Below, piece by piece: positions 1 through 11,715 of a DNA stretch of 64,000 nt (the first letter of the stretch is position 1; each line of letters begins with the position of its first letter). The stretch lies in assembly GCA_023334545.1 (NCBI GenBank), contig JAADVB010000070.1, positions 10,404 to 74,403 on the forward strand. The letters are read 5' to 3'. The notes beneath the pieces were generated by a model, which saw nothing but the letters and a program-made list of their open reading frames with translations, was not told the origin of the DNA and did not search any database. The stretch is from Salisapilia sapeloensis CBS 127946. Its lineage: Eukaryota > Protista > Oomycota. A program made the translations under genes and the position numbers.

Positions 1-2200
1 CGTGTTGCCTTCGTACTTTAGATGGTTCGATTTTTTGTCGAGCTAGATAGATGCAAATAAGATCTTAATAGAGTGATGGGCACGATCTTTTATTCTAATG
101 GAACGTGTGAGTGCTTTCTTCTCGAACACGTACCCCGAATGGTGTTTCACCAAGTTTCCACTACGATGCTTTCTTGAACAAAAATGAAGTACCGTGCTTT
201 AGACACTCTCGCTGGACTGCTAATGTAGCATTAGAGGCATGCCAGTCAACATTTGATTTATGATGGTGCAACAGTGCCGTTGCTTTGTTGAAAGTCGACC
301 ATTTAAAGCTCCTGATGAAGATTTATGCTGCGACAGCATGGGGAGTTACCTGAGAAAAGCACGCTAGTCGATCATGACTGTCGCTCGAGGTAATCTTGCT
401 CGACCAGAATTTAAAAGAGTCCCTGTCGCAAGACACAGCAAGATTGACATGAAACTGACTTGTATGAACTGACATGTACGTGAAGTAGACTAGATGACTG
501 ATCCGTGATGCAATGTCTACGTGTTTTTTGATCTGGTGTGAGCTCAGGACAGCAAGATACATGCTTACGTAACTAGATAGTTACTCATTGGGTGCTTTCA
601 AAAATGTTGGTTCCAACACTCCTGTTTGTCATATTGATTGCGTCGACAGTAGGATTGTTTAGCTATAAAGTCTATTCTACTCAAACTTTCTTATGGCGCT
701 TAATTAAACCACCAGACTCAAATCCCAGACATCTAAGTGTAAATTATAGCCTACCAAAAATGAATTCACGAACAATACGATACGAAGTAGACTTTGCTGA
801 GTAGTTCTCGGAACGGTAGAAGTAATAAAATCTCATCGGACTTACGGTATTTTGAAGGATGATGGATGGAAGAGTAAATTGACTGCAGTTTATAGACTTT
901 GCTCGTTCCACAGTGTATTTCTTACCTAGCTTTTATGCTCTCTTCTTTATCCACATTTACGTATCGTACTCCTTTCGGACCTGTCGGCTATCTTCCCAAT
1001 CTAAAGTCCCAGCCACTCTTACTTTCGAGTCTTGTACAAAATTACTCATTCTCCGAATTCCCACCTCGGCTACAAGTTTCCACGGTAGCCCATCGCGCAA
1101 GACTTCTCGACGACCCGGTTTTCCTGGAAGTCTCTTCTTCGCCAAAGTGTACCGACCAACCGGAGGGAGTTCGAAGTGTGGCTGAAATGTCTTGCATTTA
1201 ACAAAACTGGCAAGGCAACCTGAAGGAGTCGACATACGAAGGCAGCTAACAATTGACGTTTCGACGACCGAAATGAACAGAATAAGATGCACGGAGCGAA
1301 GATATGCGAGCGCTAAGGTGGGATGGTTGGAGATATACATATCAAAAGAGGACGACGTGGGTATTGTGAGGGATTCATGTGGGCGAAATCCTATGCGGCA
1401 CATGTGCTGCAGGTATGCGTACCCAATCACATCCATATATTGTTGGGCACACACGGGATACCAATACGGATGCCAGTGCTCTTTTGTTTTGGCTTAGAAT
1501 AGCCGGTAGTCGGTAAATATAAACGGAAATTATAATATGAAGTCTATTGTAGCATCGAGTTTATTTTACCCGATTGAATCAGTACCAGTACACTATTTTA
1601 ATTCCGTCGCGTCTATACAAAAAATGAATATTGCTGAGATGAGTATGCATAAATATCGTAGAATCTCAAACCTTGCATAAGCTTACCAAGGCTGTCTCGA
1701 GCAGCACTTAAAATGATTTGATTTCATTATACTGTCCCTATATGCGGACAGGTTTGTCCGCAGTACTGTATCCAACCTAGTCATCTGAGATGGTTTTGTA
1801 AGGCCTTCAAAAGCCTTGATGAAAGCTCACTAAGACTGTCTATTAGCCTAGTCAAGATAGTAAGCTATAGTATCCATAGTCGGTAAATGACCATTTGACT
1901 TGTTGAATCCTTTGACTGTCTGCTAGCAAGTCTTCTACATTTTGTAATAAATTTCCCTTAAGCTTTTCACACAGGAGGCTGCTCGTGAGCGTGGGTTTGA
2001 TACCGCAGGCAATGAGAGACAAAAACGAAATATACTGCTATTATCGGCATCATTCGAGAGCCACATCTGAACCTAGGTTTCCATTCATCTACGAGATTGT
2101 CCATGGAGGACCTTCGTAAATATTACTTTATACATTGAAAACAGAGCTGCATTCGATCGACAATGGCATCGGCACACAAATGAATATATTTCTCTATATG
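1..2200 (-). other. Probable intron-rich protein-coding gene running off the left edge; exon structure and product unresolved
   Basis: The minus strand has repeated GTAAG/GTAAC donors and YAG acceptors 40-55 nt apart, flanking short open segments (QFTLPSIILQNT, QSLLRIVLFVNSFL, and the FQPHFELPPVGRY...RKEYDT part of ORF 957..1454). No family recognised; boundaries approximate. Confidence 0.3.
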
Positions 2201-2545
2201 TTTTATAGTCATATTACGGGTCAATAAGCAGGATCAGTCGCATTAATATGAATACGTCAGCTACCTAGAGGTATGCGACGAAGCGCACCCGTGCGACGCT
2301 CTCACACGTATTCATAAAAAAAGGTGTATATAAATGAAGTGGATTGCGTGGTAGGAAGTAAACGCAGCAACATGCTCTTGTAAACAAATGGTAGCGAAAG
2401 GGACATGATCTTGGTAGAAAAAAATAGATTTATCTTTAACTGCTTTTACCCAAACAGCTCAGTCTGTTCAAGCCTATCTTCTTTTTATGCCCTATGCTTT
2501 CTCAGTGGCAGTATTTCGACCATCTAGCAACAGACTTTTGCCGAC

Positions 2546-3868
2546 TTATAAATCCTTGAGCTCAATTCCAATCGGTACGTGGTCACTACCAGTCACAAGC
2601 CCTCGGATAAACGCAGATTCCTACATGTACACGTCAGGAAGTCACTTAACACGGGAAAAAGCTCAATACGTACGACATGCGGTAATAACGACTTGGATGT
2701 CACGAAGTAGTCCAATCTCCATCCCTTGTTCTTTTCTCTCGCCTTGAACCGGTACGAAAAGTAGGAGAACTGTTTCGTGTCCGGATGGAAATGGCGGTAC
2801 GTGTCGACAAACCCTTTGCTCAACAACCCTCCGAAGCTCTCTCGCTCGGCATCAGTAAAGCCAGCGCTTTTATTTCGCTTTTCACAACTGTCAGAGTCTT
2901 TTCATCCGTATTGGTCAAAGCAGAATAGCTTACGTTTGAGACAGGGTCATGGATATCAATCTCTTCGTGCGCGACATTCAGGTCACCACCAAAAACCACT
3001 GGCTTGGACTTTTCCAACTCTTGGAGCATGGAAAAGAGAGACACGTCCCATTCCTTCGTACGATAGTCGAGACGAACGAGACCAGCGCCACTGTTCGGTA
3101 CCTACTCCCACGCGTCAATACACTACGTACAATATGGGCAGTAGTGGGCATACATAAGTGTGAACGAGCCAGAATTTGGGGTACTCGAGAGCGAGAAATC
3201 GACCTTCATCCTGCACTTGGTCGCTCACAAGCAGCTCATGCTTGACGGTTAGAGGCTCCGTCTTGCTGAACACGGCTGTTCCAGAGTACCCTAGAAGGCA
3301 GGTGTTAGCCGTTGGGAACAATAGGATATTGTACCATGCGTACCTTTCTTGGTGGCGCATGACCAGTACTGGTGCTTGTAGTCTGGCAAAAAATCCTCAA
3401 TCTAGTCTTGATGAGCGATATGGGCATAGCTGTATATATCTTTCGGTCTACCTTTTTCAATTCGTCCGAACAGATCTTTGTTTCTCCAATACAAAAGACG
3501 TCAGGGTCCTCCTGCTTCACGTACGCTCGGATATGAGCACCCGCCTCCTTTTTGAGCATCGCTCGTAATCCATTGACATTCCATGCCACAATCTTCCAAT
3601 TCTTCGGATCGCTCTTCGAATTGGATGGGACGCCTTCGAATTGTGGATAAGCTGCCACTTTGTCCTGTAATTCCTTGGAAATACCACTCGATGGTTTTGG
3701 ACGACTCAGTTGACTACTTTTTGGCGCGAACAAGGCGTTCCATGCCGACTTGTCCGTCGTGGCAGCCTTGTCGGTCTTGGCAGCCTTGGCCGGTGGTTTC
3801 GGAGAGTCGGAAGCTTTGGATGCGTCTTTCAAAGCAGCCGCCACTCGTTTACTCTTGCGTGTACTCAT
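2546..3868 (-). CDS. APE1: AP endonuclease, exonuclease III/APE1 family (~352 aa, 6 exons)
   Basis: Exons 3868-3452, 3401-3344, 3290-3154, 3101-2934, 2877-2674, 2620-2546; GT-AG introns of 50-56 nt; joined frame is open. Catalytic motifs: [41 protein letters not shown]. Basic low-complexity N-terminus. Confidence 0.93.
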
Positions 3869-4122
3869 GAGACTGGACAAAGACAATGGCTGCCCGTTTC
3901 CTGCTTGATGCGAAGAAGAGTGGAAAGCTATGATCCAGCGAGATGCCACGTCAGCCTCGTCGTTTGATTGGCCTGTCGCTCCCTTCAGATGGGTACATTC
4001 CATATCGCATGAACGGGCACAGTTTGATTGCAATATATTTTGGACAAGGTTTATGAAAAACATACACAAAAGTTAGGGTAGGAGCTCGAGGTAAAATACA
4101 TTCAGTCGAGGTAGGTGTTAGG

Positions 4123-6678
4123 ATGGAGTCTGGGGAGAGCCAAGAGGAGGATGCTAGTGCGGAAATGTACGACAAGGAGAGAGAGCAGCGGCAATATAGC
4201 AGTCGAAATTTCAGACGCCGAGATGATACCAAACGCAAGTATAATGCACTGAAAGATAAATTACGAGCGACGCAAGAGGAGCTCGGGACCAAGATGAGGG
4301 AATTGCAGACATACGAGACACATTACGCCAAGCAAAAGAAGGACGTACGTCGTTGGAAGAAAAAGTTTGATTATGTCTTTCGAGAGAATGAGCTGCTGTC
4401 TCATGAAGCAAAGAAACTGAATCAAGCGCATCGACAGATCCAGTATCAGGAGAAGCTCAAGTCGTTTAAAGAGGAGGAGAATCGAGCGTTAAAGCGACTG
4501 GTGAAAGGCTTCGAGTCGGCACTCAAGCGAGAGAAGAAGCAAAAGGATAAATTGAATCATGAGCTGCAGCAAGCTCGAGACCAAGTCCGAGCGAGCGAAG
4601 AGTCTGTCGCGATCCTCCAGCAGTCGCAAGCCAGCATCGACTTGAATAACTCCAAGTCGGAAGAAGACTGGTCGAACCAGATCGCTCAGGACGAATACGA
4701 CAACCTGAAGCATCAGTTGGAGCAGGAAAAGCAGCAGCGGCAGTACATGCGAGACGAATTGAATGGCGAAATCGAGTCTCTTCGGAACGAATTAGACATG
4801 GCAAAGCAGGAAGTGTCCAGTCACAAGGATGACAACCAGCGTCGAGAGGAGAAGCTGAAGGCTTCTTACGACCGCGTGAAAGAACTGGAGCAGCAGTTGC
4901 AAGAAGCATCGGACTCTCACCTCCAGCAGCTGCAAGACAAGCAGGAGCAGATCGCCCAAATTGAGACGGAGCTAAGTGATCTTCGAGTCCAAGCAGAGTC
5001 GAACAAGCAAGGTCCGGGCTTTGATCCTACAGACGACGGTGAAGAGGACGATGCAGACGAGAAGGACGATGACCGTGAAAACGAAGAGGAAGACGACAGG
5101 AGTGTAAACGATTGCGATGATAGGGAAGAAGCTGTATTCGACGACGACAACAGGAGTGAGAGGGACGATTCGGACCCTAGCACTCCGCCTGGTACGCCTC
5201 CACGTGTGTCGGAGGAATCCATCTTCCGGACGTTTGATCCGTACGAAGATCAGGTCATCCAGGACTGGGAGAACGACAAGAGTATCCAAGCTGCAGCATC
5301 TGGGGAAGTGGATATGGATCGACTGCAGGCATTCTTCGACTACCTTCCGCCAGACAATCGCGCCGGCGTGCGACAGATACTGGAACAAGCTCTCTTATCC
5401 GACTTGGACGCACCGCTCGCATCCGACATGCAGATCCTGTTACCTGACATGCCCAAGATTGGAAGGGAAGAGTTGAAGGAGTACGTCATTCCTCGTCTCA
5501 AGGCACACAAACAGCTTCGAGTGACGTTGTCGACACTTGAGAGACGTACTGTCGTGACCGACGTGCGTTTGAAATTGGAGAGGAGAGAGGATGGGAATCT
5601 AGACATGGCACGAAAGGACTTTGGACACGACCACGAGTTCTACGGTCCGTCCAGCGTCGACCCGACCAAGCAGGTAAAGCATACGAAGCGAGTGATCAGT
5701 GGTACAGATAAACCTTCCTATGTGTCGTACCCGATGGAAGAGGAATCGGCAGATGAGGCTCCTCCGCAGCCATCCTTGTTTGAAGAAGCACCTCCGTCCG
5801 ACGATGGGAACGATGTATCGACGCCTGGCAGTCAGTCGAAAAGCAGCAACGCGACTGTGCCAGCAACACCTGTACCGACTATCTCCAAGGGAGGATCAGG
5901 TCTCTTCGGAGCCTTCACCAAGCTCCGGGCGGCCACTCGGTTCGTCCAGACGTCCTCGACGCAGGAAAAAATCGAGCACACTGGTACGACATGCCAGTAC
6001 TGTAAACAGTCTCCGATCATCGGTGGTCTGTACTCTTGTGCGACGTGTGTCAACCTAGATTTGTGTGAAAACTGCTATGCTTTGGGTGGCCACGGTCTCG
6101 AGAACTCGGACGAGCTCTTCCATCGCGTGCAGGACCTTGCGCTCAATCGATGCGTGAGTCTGCAGGAAGAGGTGGAAATGCTCGAGCTTCTACGCTTTGA
6201 GATTTGCAAGAGCAATTTACGTAAATTTGCATTCGTGCTCAATTGGTTGGCAGATGTCGTCAACGGGAAGAGCAGTAAGGATCTACAGGCACGAGCACTG
6301 GAGATCCCGAACGTCCGTCGAGACGTTCGAAAGGAGTTCGTGCCACAATTGCTGGAAGTCTGTTCTGTCCGGCAAGATATCGAGATTCGAGTCGAGTGGG
6401 AATTGGAGAGTGACAACAACGCGCAAGCGCACAGCGCTATACGAGACAATGAAGACGCGAATGGCGACGGAGCGTTCTTGGAGACACTGCGCATCTGGGT
6501 GGCAGATCAGTACCGCACAACTTCCCCTTTTGTCGAGAGGAGCTTGCAGAGGTATCGGGATGGAGAAGTGGACAAAGTAGAAGTAGAAAGGAAGAACACA
6601 GTCGGGACGATGGACGAAGAGGGTGTGGAGGATGTGGTCGGGAGCAACGTCAAGTACGCTGCGAGTGAAGAGCTGTAG
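4123..6678 (+). CDS. 851-aa protein: N-terminal coiled coil, acidic region, ZZ-type zinc finger
   Basis: Single long ORF with a K/E/Q-rich heptad region, a D/E-rich tract and CQYCKQSPIIGGLYSCATCVNLDLCENCY (ZZ-finger pattern). Confidence 0.85.
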   Translation: MESGESQEEDASAEMYDKEREQRQYSSRNFRRRDDTKRKYNALKDKLRATQEELGTKMRELQTYETHYAKQKKDVRRWKKKFDYVFRENELLSHEAKKLNQAHRQIQYQEKLKSFKEEENRALKRLVKGFESALKREKKQKDKLNHELQQARDQVRASEESVAILQQSQASIDLNNSKSEEDWSNQIAQDEYDNLKHQLEQEKQQRQYMRDELNGEIESLRNELDMAKQEVSSHKDDNQRREEKLKASYDRVKELEQQLQEASDSHLQQLQDKQEQIAQIETELSDLRVQAESNKQGPGFDPTDDGEEDDADEKDDDRENEEEDDRSVNDCDDREEAVFDDDNRSERDDSDPSTPPGTPPRVSEESIFRTFDPYEDQVIQDWENDKSIQAAASGEVDMDRLQAFFDYLPPDNRAGVRQILEQALLSDLDAPLASDMQILLPDMPKIGREELKEYVIPRLKAHKQLRVTLSTLERRTVVTDVRLKLERREDGNLDMARKDFGHDHEFYGPSSVDPTKQVKHTKRVISGTDKPSYVSYPMEEESADEAPPQPSLFEEAPPSDDGNDVSTPGSQSKSSNATVPATPVPTISKGGSGLFGAFTKLRAATRFVQTSSTQEKIEHTGTTCQYCKQSPIIGGLYSCATCVNLDLCENCYALGGHGLENSDELFHRVQDLALNRCVSLQEEVEMLELLRFEICKSNLRKFAFVLNWLADVVNGKSSKDLQARALEIPNVRRDVRKEFVPQLLEVCSVRQDIEIRVEWELESDNNAQAHSAIRDNEDANGDGAFLETLRIWVADQYRTTSPFVERSLQRYRDGEVDKVEVERKNTVGTMDEEGVEDVVGSNVKYAASEEL

Positions 6679-6699
6679 TCAAAATACATTTAAATCGTC

Positions 6700-8642
6700 T
6701 CATTCGTCTGCACTTATCTCTTCCTCTCGAATCCACTTTTGAAGGTCCAGTAAGTCCACGTTGATACTTTCTTCTTCACACGATGTCTCATGCATGACAA
6801 GATCTCTCTTCACTGCACAGCGTCGACCGCAACGGCTACAGCGTAAACCTTCTTTCATCACGGATATCATGTACTCTAACTTTGCATGTTCTGTCGCTTG
6901 TTTCATCATTTTCTTTTCGATAAACTTGGTCTCCAGCACTCGTTTCTTGCCTAGAAGCCAAAAGAGGAGACCGTGGCTTTGGACGATAAGCTGCGAGATT
7001 CCTCCAGATAGGAACATGGAACTCGCTGGAGCAAGGCTGGAACTGGATGGGGTTTGACGCTTCCACCAATTTTCCAGCTCTTGGCAATCCACAGACCCAT
7101 CGTGGTCTTTGTCCAACTCCTCAAACATGCGGCGTACTTGGACATCCGTGAGAGGCGGAAGCTGAACCTGTCTATTTGTATGGGAACGTTGCTTCGCGTT
7201 CCCTTTCAAGTACTCCTTCCGGAGATATGACAGCATCAAGTGAAACTCGTCAATGTCCAGAGTACCAGAGCCATCGAGGTCAAAAGCGTGAAAGCACTGC
7301 CGCAGTCTCTTTGTATCTGCGTCGACGTTTTCATCCACTACTTTCGATTTAGACACGACTTGGATCTGAGATCGCCAACGCGCCAGCTCACTCTTCACCT
7401 GGGCTTTGCCGTAATTAGTCTTTAGGTAGATGGAGAATTCTACTTGCACGTTGTGCTGAATCTGTGTCAACTGCTCAAGCTCTTCTTTCATGCGGCAAGC
7501 ATTAATAAATCTCTTCCTACGAAACCATTCTGGACACCAGAAGAGGTGCACAAAGAGACAAATCCTAGTTTTTGCCTCCCAACGGTACAAATGAACTCGG
7601 CGCTGAAGTTCAATATATCTTCTTCGTTTCAGCCGTCGATAGTAAGCGCCCACTTTCCGAGCAATGCAAACGCGTGCAGCTTGTCGAATAACGGCAAAAT
7701 CAATCCAACTTTCCACTTCCGACTTGAGCACTGGTACTAGGATGTGCTCTCTCCATTGCGCGTGTCTTCGAAATTGCCTTTGAATACAAATTGCTGCTCT
7801 ATGGCGCTTGAGGAATCCTTTGTGTAGAAGAGGTATGCCAAAGCGACGTAGGAAGCGTATTTTGACTGCAAGATGCCGAAGTTTAGCAAGTAGGTCCAGC
7901 CTATAGACCATTTTTCGATAGACCTGGCTAACTGCTTGTTGTCCGATATGGGCTTCATAGGAATATGGATACAGTTTATCGCAAGGACTGCTTACTGGGG
8001 AATTTAATTTATATCGTACGGATGTAAGGGAATGAAGCAACTGGTCTTCTCGACAGCTATATCGTGACGCACTCAGCGGTCGTGCCAATAGAGATCGTAC
8101 TTCATTTTCCCATATATTCCCTTCCATTTTACTTGCAATGTGGTTTGAGAGAGTGCTCGCCATCTACATTCGTCCGTCAAACGAGCAACGTTAAAATATG
8201 ATTCAATACAGGACATCCAAATCCTTTGTACCTCGGACGATATCAGATCGGTAACGGGAGGCAAGGTATTTGTCCCAGACTTCCTTTTTAGCTTCTGGCT
8301 GCTTTTCAGGTTCATTCTTTGATTATCGGAACCGAATGATGTGTCAGTGGGATGACAATCAGTATAAGTTCGAGGAGCACATGTTTCACTGTGTCTATCA
8401 ATGAAAGCTACGACTTCCTCCACTTCTTGTTGCCATTTAGCTATAAGCTGTCGATACGACAGCTTCACACCTTTTCTCTTGGGTGACTGGATCACCGGGT
8501 CCAATGTTGCCAGCGATCGCTTGAGCTCTTCATCGGTTTTTGGATGAGGCCTCTTTCTTAAAGGCAGACGCAACGGTGAGGTTGCAAGCCTCTCTGATAG
8601 TGAAGGTACCCTTGCCAGATTCGTACCATCTTTCGATGCCAT
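6700..8642 (-). CDS. IQ-motif and EF-hand protein with C-terminal zinc-finger-like motif (~624 aa, 2 exons)
   Basis: Exons 8642-8232 and 8163-6700, joined by a 68-nt GT-AG intron that links ORFs 8073..8642 and 6700..8163. IQ-like AICIQRQFRRH; EF-hands DLDGSGTLDIDEF and DKDHDGSVDCQEL; CSRC...HETSC near the end. Confidence 0.8.
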
Positions 8643-8760
8643 TTCGATTTAAATGAAACTACGCAGTCGGTTATAAATATCGAGATGGATACTTTGGATC
8701 GTTTGGTTGTATGTGGGTTTCCACATCTCATTTAAAGATTTTCTGCAAATTTTTATCGTG

Positions 8761-9214
8761 ATGCGATCTTGCCAGTGGGGGCTACTGATTGCTCTCGCTA
8801 TACTGCTCTGTGATATCAACGCTATGGATGGAGGACAAAGAACTGATACTCGTACTGATCATTATAAGCGAACTCCATGCTCGCAGTCGAAATGTAGTGC
8901 TGGCGGCTGTCTGTATGAAAACTGCAAGCACCCAGTCGAATGCGACGGTGGACGGTGTCAATTCAGGTATGCATAATGTCTAAGCGATGCTTTGAAAGAT
9001 GGGTTAACGAGCAGGTTGTAGATCTTGCAAGGAGGCATCTTGTGATGGAGGGCTGTGCACATTTGAAAGCGGTGCTCGAGCGACATGTACTGGTGGCTCT
9101 TGCTCATTTAAAAGCATGAAGGAAACGTTATCTAATGGCTACTGCGACGGAGGTGAATGTCTCTTGAATGGACAAAGGCATCCGAGCAATTTTGATCTGA
9201 CATTGAGTCAATAA
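8761..9214 (+). CDS. Small secreted cysteine-rich protein with five C-x-GG-(x)-C repeats (~132 aa, 2 exons)
   Basis: Exons 8761-8966 and 9022-9214 (55-nt GT-AG intron). Hydrophobic leader MRSCQWGLLIALAILLCDINA; repeats CSAGGC, CDGGRC, CDGGLC, CTGGSC, CDGGEC. Confidence 0.8.
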
Positions 9215-9265
9215 TCCGCGAATAGTGTCAACAAAATGAATTAAAATCATGTTTTGTTCTTATAG

Positions 9266-10189
9266 TTAGTAGTGGATAAGAGGTCGAATGGGCCAGACAC
9301 GTTCAGACTCGAACTCTAGGTCGATAGGAGCGTCAAATATATGAAGGTATTCTTTCAAACTCATGAGCTCGTCTCTACCCATGAGCTTCTTTATGATATC
9401 TGGAGACGGAAGGAACGTTTGGTCCGTATTGGAAAGATTCGTAAGACTACGCCGAACGTCATTAGGCATCATTGGACCAATCTTCTTCACAAACTTGATC
9501 AAATTTAGAAACGTTTCCACTGCTTGTGTTCGCACATTGTCGTCGGTGACTTCATTAGCTTCAGATCGATTTGTTATTGCCAACTTTCTGACGTAGAAAC
9601 CTTGGACGATGCGACCAGGATTGTTTTCAGACGACGCGAGGACCTTAATCAGTCCACCATCCATTACTTTCTGCGTCTGAAGTTGATGGCAGATCTGGAT
9701 GAACTGCTCCGACGTAGATTCTAAAAACATGACGACATAGTTTTCAATCTGCAAAGCCATTCCTGTCACCTCAAACTCTACGATGGCCATTAATTTTCCA
9801 AAGTACTCTTGAATCTTACGACTGTAGTCGTCATTCCCATTGCCTAGTCTTGCCAGAACGACGGAGCGTGAGATGCCTTCTGAAAACGTGGCTTCAGGGT
9901 CCGATGGACTCGATGCATCGACTTGTTCATTTGATAATGCCAAGCTCGTAGTACTTTTCGCTAGATCGGCTTGAACAGCCTCGACAGGTGCAGGTGGAGG
10001 TTCACGTAGCGTGAGCACCTCCAGCAGAGAAGGTCCCAGCTCAGTGGACACGTCGAAATTGGACACATTTTCCGCTGCTGCCTCGAACGCATCATTTACG
10101 ACAGCTTCATCAGATTTGCTATCGAGTAGCTTGTTATCGCTCTTTCCTCGGTCGCTCAAGCTGTGAGAAGCGTTTGTAGTAGACTGCAT
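9266..10189 (-). CDS. TEX47/DYBLUF/MOT7-like protein with BLUF-like domain (~307 aa)
   Basis: ORF 9266..10402; likely start MQSTTN at 10189 (the upstream part overlaps the lipase A end). TGMALQIENYVVMFLES resembles the BLUF core; the C-terminal LKEYLHIFDAPIDLEFESERVWP resembles the TEX47 family tail as I recall it. Confidence 0.65.
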   Translation of the reverse strand: MQSTTNASHSLSDRGKSDNKLLDSKSDEAVVNDAFEAAAENVSNFDVSTELGPSLLEVLTLREPPPAPVEAVQADLAKSTTSLALSNEQVDASSPSDPEATFSEGISRSVVLARLGNGNDDYSRKIQEYFGKLMAIVEFEVTGMALQIENYVVMFLESTSEQFIQICHQLQTQKVMDGGLIKVLASSENNPGRIVQGFYVRKLAITNRSEANEVTDDNVRTQAVETFLNLIKFVKKIGPMMPNDVRRSLTNLSNTDQTFLPSPDIIKKLMGRDELMSLKEYLHIFDAPIDLEFESERVWPIRPLIHY

Positions 10190-10287
10190 TGGGCTATAAG
10201 GTACGAATGGAACCAACAGATGAAGGAGAAAGAAATGAAACGGACACGTTTTATTTCTAATGCAGATCTTTCGATACATAGACTCAC

Positions 10288-11715
10288 TTACTCTTCGTAC
10301 TCTTGTCGTATCATCATGAACAACCTCTTGTACAGGTCTTTGGCACCTGCGTCCCAGTGTGTTCCAGTGAGGTGGTTCCCGTCGACTCGATAGACATGCC
10401 ACCGACCTTTTATAAAGCGCTGTGTATCGTCCATAGCATGCATTGCATCAATTGATATATGGGACGCATGTCGAGCCATCTCATTCTCCTCAAGAGACGA
10501 GTTTGAAGCTGAAGGTGGGATCTCCCCATTTGGCTCATCTGTTAAAATTGCCTGGTTTCGTGTCGGCTTCAAAGCTTGAGGCAAGTCTGATGGCTTTGGC
10601 AACCACGGTCTCAGCATGGATTGGATGTTGACTGCTCCATCATTATGCACCCATTCATCCGGCTTAAATCCGTCAAATATCAGATGAAGCGACTTTGCAC
10701 AGCGCTGCATCAATAGCGCGAGACCATGCATCGTCGGTATTTTGGCGAAATCTAGATGGCGCAATCGGCGGTACAGAAACAGCGAAAGCATAGTTATGAC
10801 GGTGAGACGCGTAGAGAGTCGTCGAGGAAATTTAAAAGTTCCAGAGCCGACGAGCGCGAGGACAACTAACGCTTCGACAATGGGTATATGGGCGTATTGA
10901 GGGGACGTGGTGATGCTTAGTAGGTACAACTTGTGCATATGGGATAGCTGTTTGTTTCGATTGATTCGAAAGGCAGGTAAGATGTCAAATACAGCAAAGT
11001 CGCCGTTTGATCTGACGCCAATTTCTGTACTAGCGAGATCCTTTAGGCACCAGTTATCCCACTGGTCCATCCGGAGATCGTATAGACCTCGCAACAGAGG
11101 TAATCGTCGGTAGAGTTTGTGCCAGCTACCACATGCTGCTGCGAATGCGTGTGCAAAACTAATTGGTGGGATTTCTTTGGAATGTAGACCACATAGATGC
11201 GGTAAAAGCGATCCGGTGAGCGGACCGGCAATGGAGACGATGCTTCGAACCCATGATGCATCACTTCCGACGTTGAAAAAGTCACGACAAAGTAGTTGGT
11301 ACAACTCTAGAGCGGCAGTAGCACCCATGCTATGCCCAATCAAATGAACGGGGTTTGCACTACTCCACAAAGGGTGGAGTGGAGTGGCGTAGTGGACACC
11401 GTATCGGAGATGACCACAGCTTTTCGCATGCTCAGCTCCGTAGTCCACAGTGCCTCCGTGCAACTGGTAGAAAGTTTCACATGCACGATCATGGTCCGAA
11501 GCGATGATGCCAAGACTCACAATGCAATGGTTATCATTCAAATCTCGTAGAGTCTGCTCCGGCCAGTAAGGAGCAGCGTAATTCCACAGAGGATGGTCTC
11601 GGCCGTACCCAAAGGCTCCTACGATAAAACGTAGCTTGAGTATACATATTGTAGGTTATAGCAGAAAAATTGAACCGTGGATGAGTACGACGGGATGTTT
11701 GGTAGACACTGGCAT
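10288..11715 (-). CDS. Lipase A, Geobacillus/Staphylococcus (family I.5/I.6)-type alpha/beta hydrolase (~456 aa, 2 exons)
   Basis: Exons 11715-11676 and 11618-10288 (57-nt intron inside the HG|AFG glycine). Motifs PVVLIHG, SDHDRACETFYQLHGGTVDYG, GHSMG (Ser), HNDG (Asp), GNHL (His). Confidence 0.9.

Noticed and set aside
1743-1762. Perfect 8-bp hairpin TGCGGACA-GGTT-TGTCCGCA
   Set aside because: Several such hairpins are expected by chance in 64 kb, and there is no supporting context.
3869-4069. Upstream extension of the APE1 ORF; similar extensions at 21592, 24303, 34399, 16583, 14639 and 10402
   Set aside because: They are mostly non-ATG starts or unalignable leaders; downstream ATGs match paralogue or family lengths better.
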